Positions 62,632-64,000 of a stretch of DNA of 64,000 nt are shown one piece after another. The notes below the pieces were generated by a model, which did no database searches, had not been told where the DNA came from, and saw only the letters and a program-made list of their open reading frames with translations. The position numbers and the translations under genes are program-made. Each line of letters begins with the position of its first letter. Positions within the stretch are counted from its first letter, which is position 1. The DNA comes from Lama guanicoe (Eukaryota): contig MU054001.1 in assembly GCA_013239625.1 (NCBI GenBank), positions 2,982,151 through 3,046,150 of the forward strand. Direction: 5' to 3'.

Positions 62632-64000
62632 GGAGGATTTCTCCTCCAGAATTCCCACTGGAAGATCAAAGTGGCCTCTTCCATCACCCTTTCCAGCCAT
62701 TACATGTCCAGAAGTTGAGAGGGGACAAAAGCTCTCTCCTAAGCTGATACTCTGTTTCCATGTCATGGAGCCCACAGGGGCAGGTTGGATCTTTTTGTTC
62801 ATTAAAATAGACTGTCATGAGCAGCCCTCAACAGAAAACACCTCAGGCCTGGACAATTAGTAAAGCCCCAGAGTGGGGTTCATGTCTTGGCTGGTCGAGT
62901 GGCCCGTTAATGGGCATCTCTGCAGGAGAGGACCTATTTCTTGTCATTCCCACATGGAGATGGGACAATAGGGATAGACAGCCGTGTTATATGTTTAGTG
63001 GGCATCCCCAACGTGGTCTTTATACTGAAGAATGTCAGGAAGCCCTCTGGAACAAAAAAACACAAAAGAGTGTTCCCGCAAGGGGGCTCATTCCTGATTC
63101 AGGGACAACCCAGGGAGATCTTCAGTTCTGCGCAGAAAATGACTTGAACAGCGTGAGACTGGGGGTCTGGTCTTTTCTCGAGCAAGGACAAAAGCCGTTG
63201 CCTTGAGTCCTGATGAAGGCCTTTCCCTCTTCTTATTTCTGTTCCTCTGCAGCCTGAGGGCTCAGAACCCCGTACCTGATATCCTCGTGGAATCCTGTAA
63301 GTGTGGACTGAATATTGACTGAATCGTCCATGAATCTTCTCACCCTGGGGCAATTAGAGTTGAATTATGTCCAGCAAAGCTAGGCTACAAATAAGAAATT
63401 ATTTTTCATTTATCTCAGAGAGAAGAAACCAGAAATGAGCAAATATGAGATTAATATAAGTGAAGGAGGATACAGTTTCTGCTGTATGTGCTGATAAACC
63501 CCCTTTTTCCCTTTTCATACTAATTATTATTATCATTATTAGTATTATTTTACCCCACAATTGCCCTAGGATGTTATCCAAGAGGAAGAGCTGTATCGGC
63601 TGGTGAAAGCTCCACAGTATTATTTATTTCATGTAATAAAATGTATGTAATGATCATGATTAATGTTTGTTTATTGTTGTATCATTGTGTTTTCCTTCCA
63701 GTCTCAGTGTGATACTGGTTTAATTAAACTTGGTAGAGGGGTGGGAGTGGGGTTGGGTGACAGTCTTCGGAACTTTATACAATAATGGAGTCTGCATTTG
63801 GTTGCACTTTCATGTCGATTAAGATGAAGATGTCCCCATAAATGACTGACTCTGTTTGTTCTTTCAAAGGAAAGTCCATTCCCCTTCCTTGATTGTGTAA
63901 TTTACAGATAAATGTGTTGTGCCTCAGACCAAATGCTTTTATGTACAGAAATTGCAATGACAGTAGAAATTATGGTAATTGAAGAGCGCTCTATTTTAGG

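Noticed and set aside
62817..63206. 129-aa ORF
   Set aside because: No recognisable homology, splice context or promoter; within chance expectation for a 64-kb window.
1..64000. Assigning a host or neighbouring gene name
   Set aside because: No recognisable coding exon or UTR; locus identity needs a synteny or BLAST search.

Overview
Non-coding eutherian mammal genomic DNA (intronic or intergenic). I can support no protein-coding gene, RNA gene or CRISPR array, and the listed ORFs look like chance or repeat-derived frames. About 0.6-50.7 kb is dense with ancient interspersed repeats, often nested: L2, MIR, L1M-type LINEs, MaLR/ERVL solo LTRs and hAT MITEs (MER20, MER5A, MER3, MER53). Four young L1 3'-end copies (two with clear target-site duplications) resemble the artiodactyl/camelid type, and I saw no Alu, B1/B2, Bov-A/tA or SINEC. 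Camelid origin is therefore an inference only. From about 52 to 62.4 kb recognisable transposons nearly vanish and TAAT/TGACA-rich blocks appear, which suggests the regulatory landscape of a developmental gene. The most notable features are: two strong CTCF motifs in divergent orientation (6.76 kb minus; 52.09 kb plus, in a CpG-rich patch); a 9-unit array of a 20-bp splice-acceptor-like motif with variable spacers at 44.46-44.71 kb; a recursive-splice-site-like AG|GTAAG plus mini-exon at 19.3 kb; a DR3 nuclear-receptor element made by a 9-bp tandem repeat; and an RFX X-box. Repeat families were assigned by eye from remembered consensus sequences, so subfamilies and boundaries are approximate. 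I did not find a confidently novel system; the findings are testable hypotheses.
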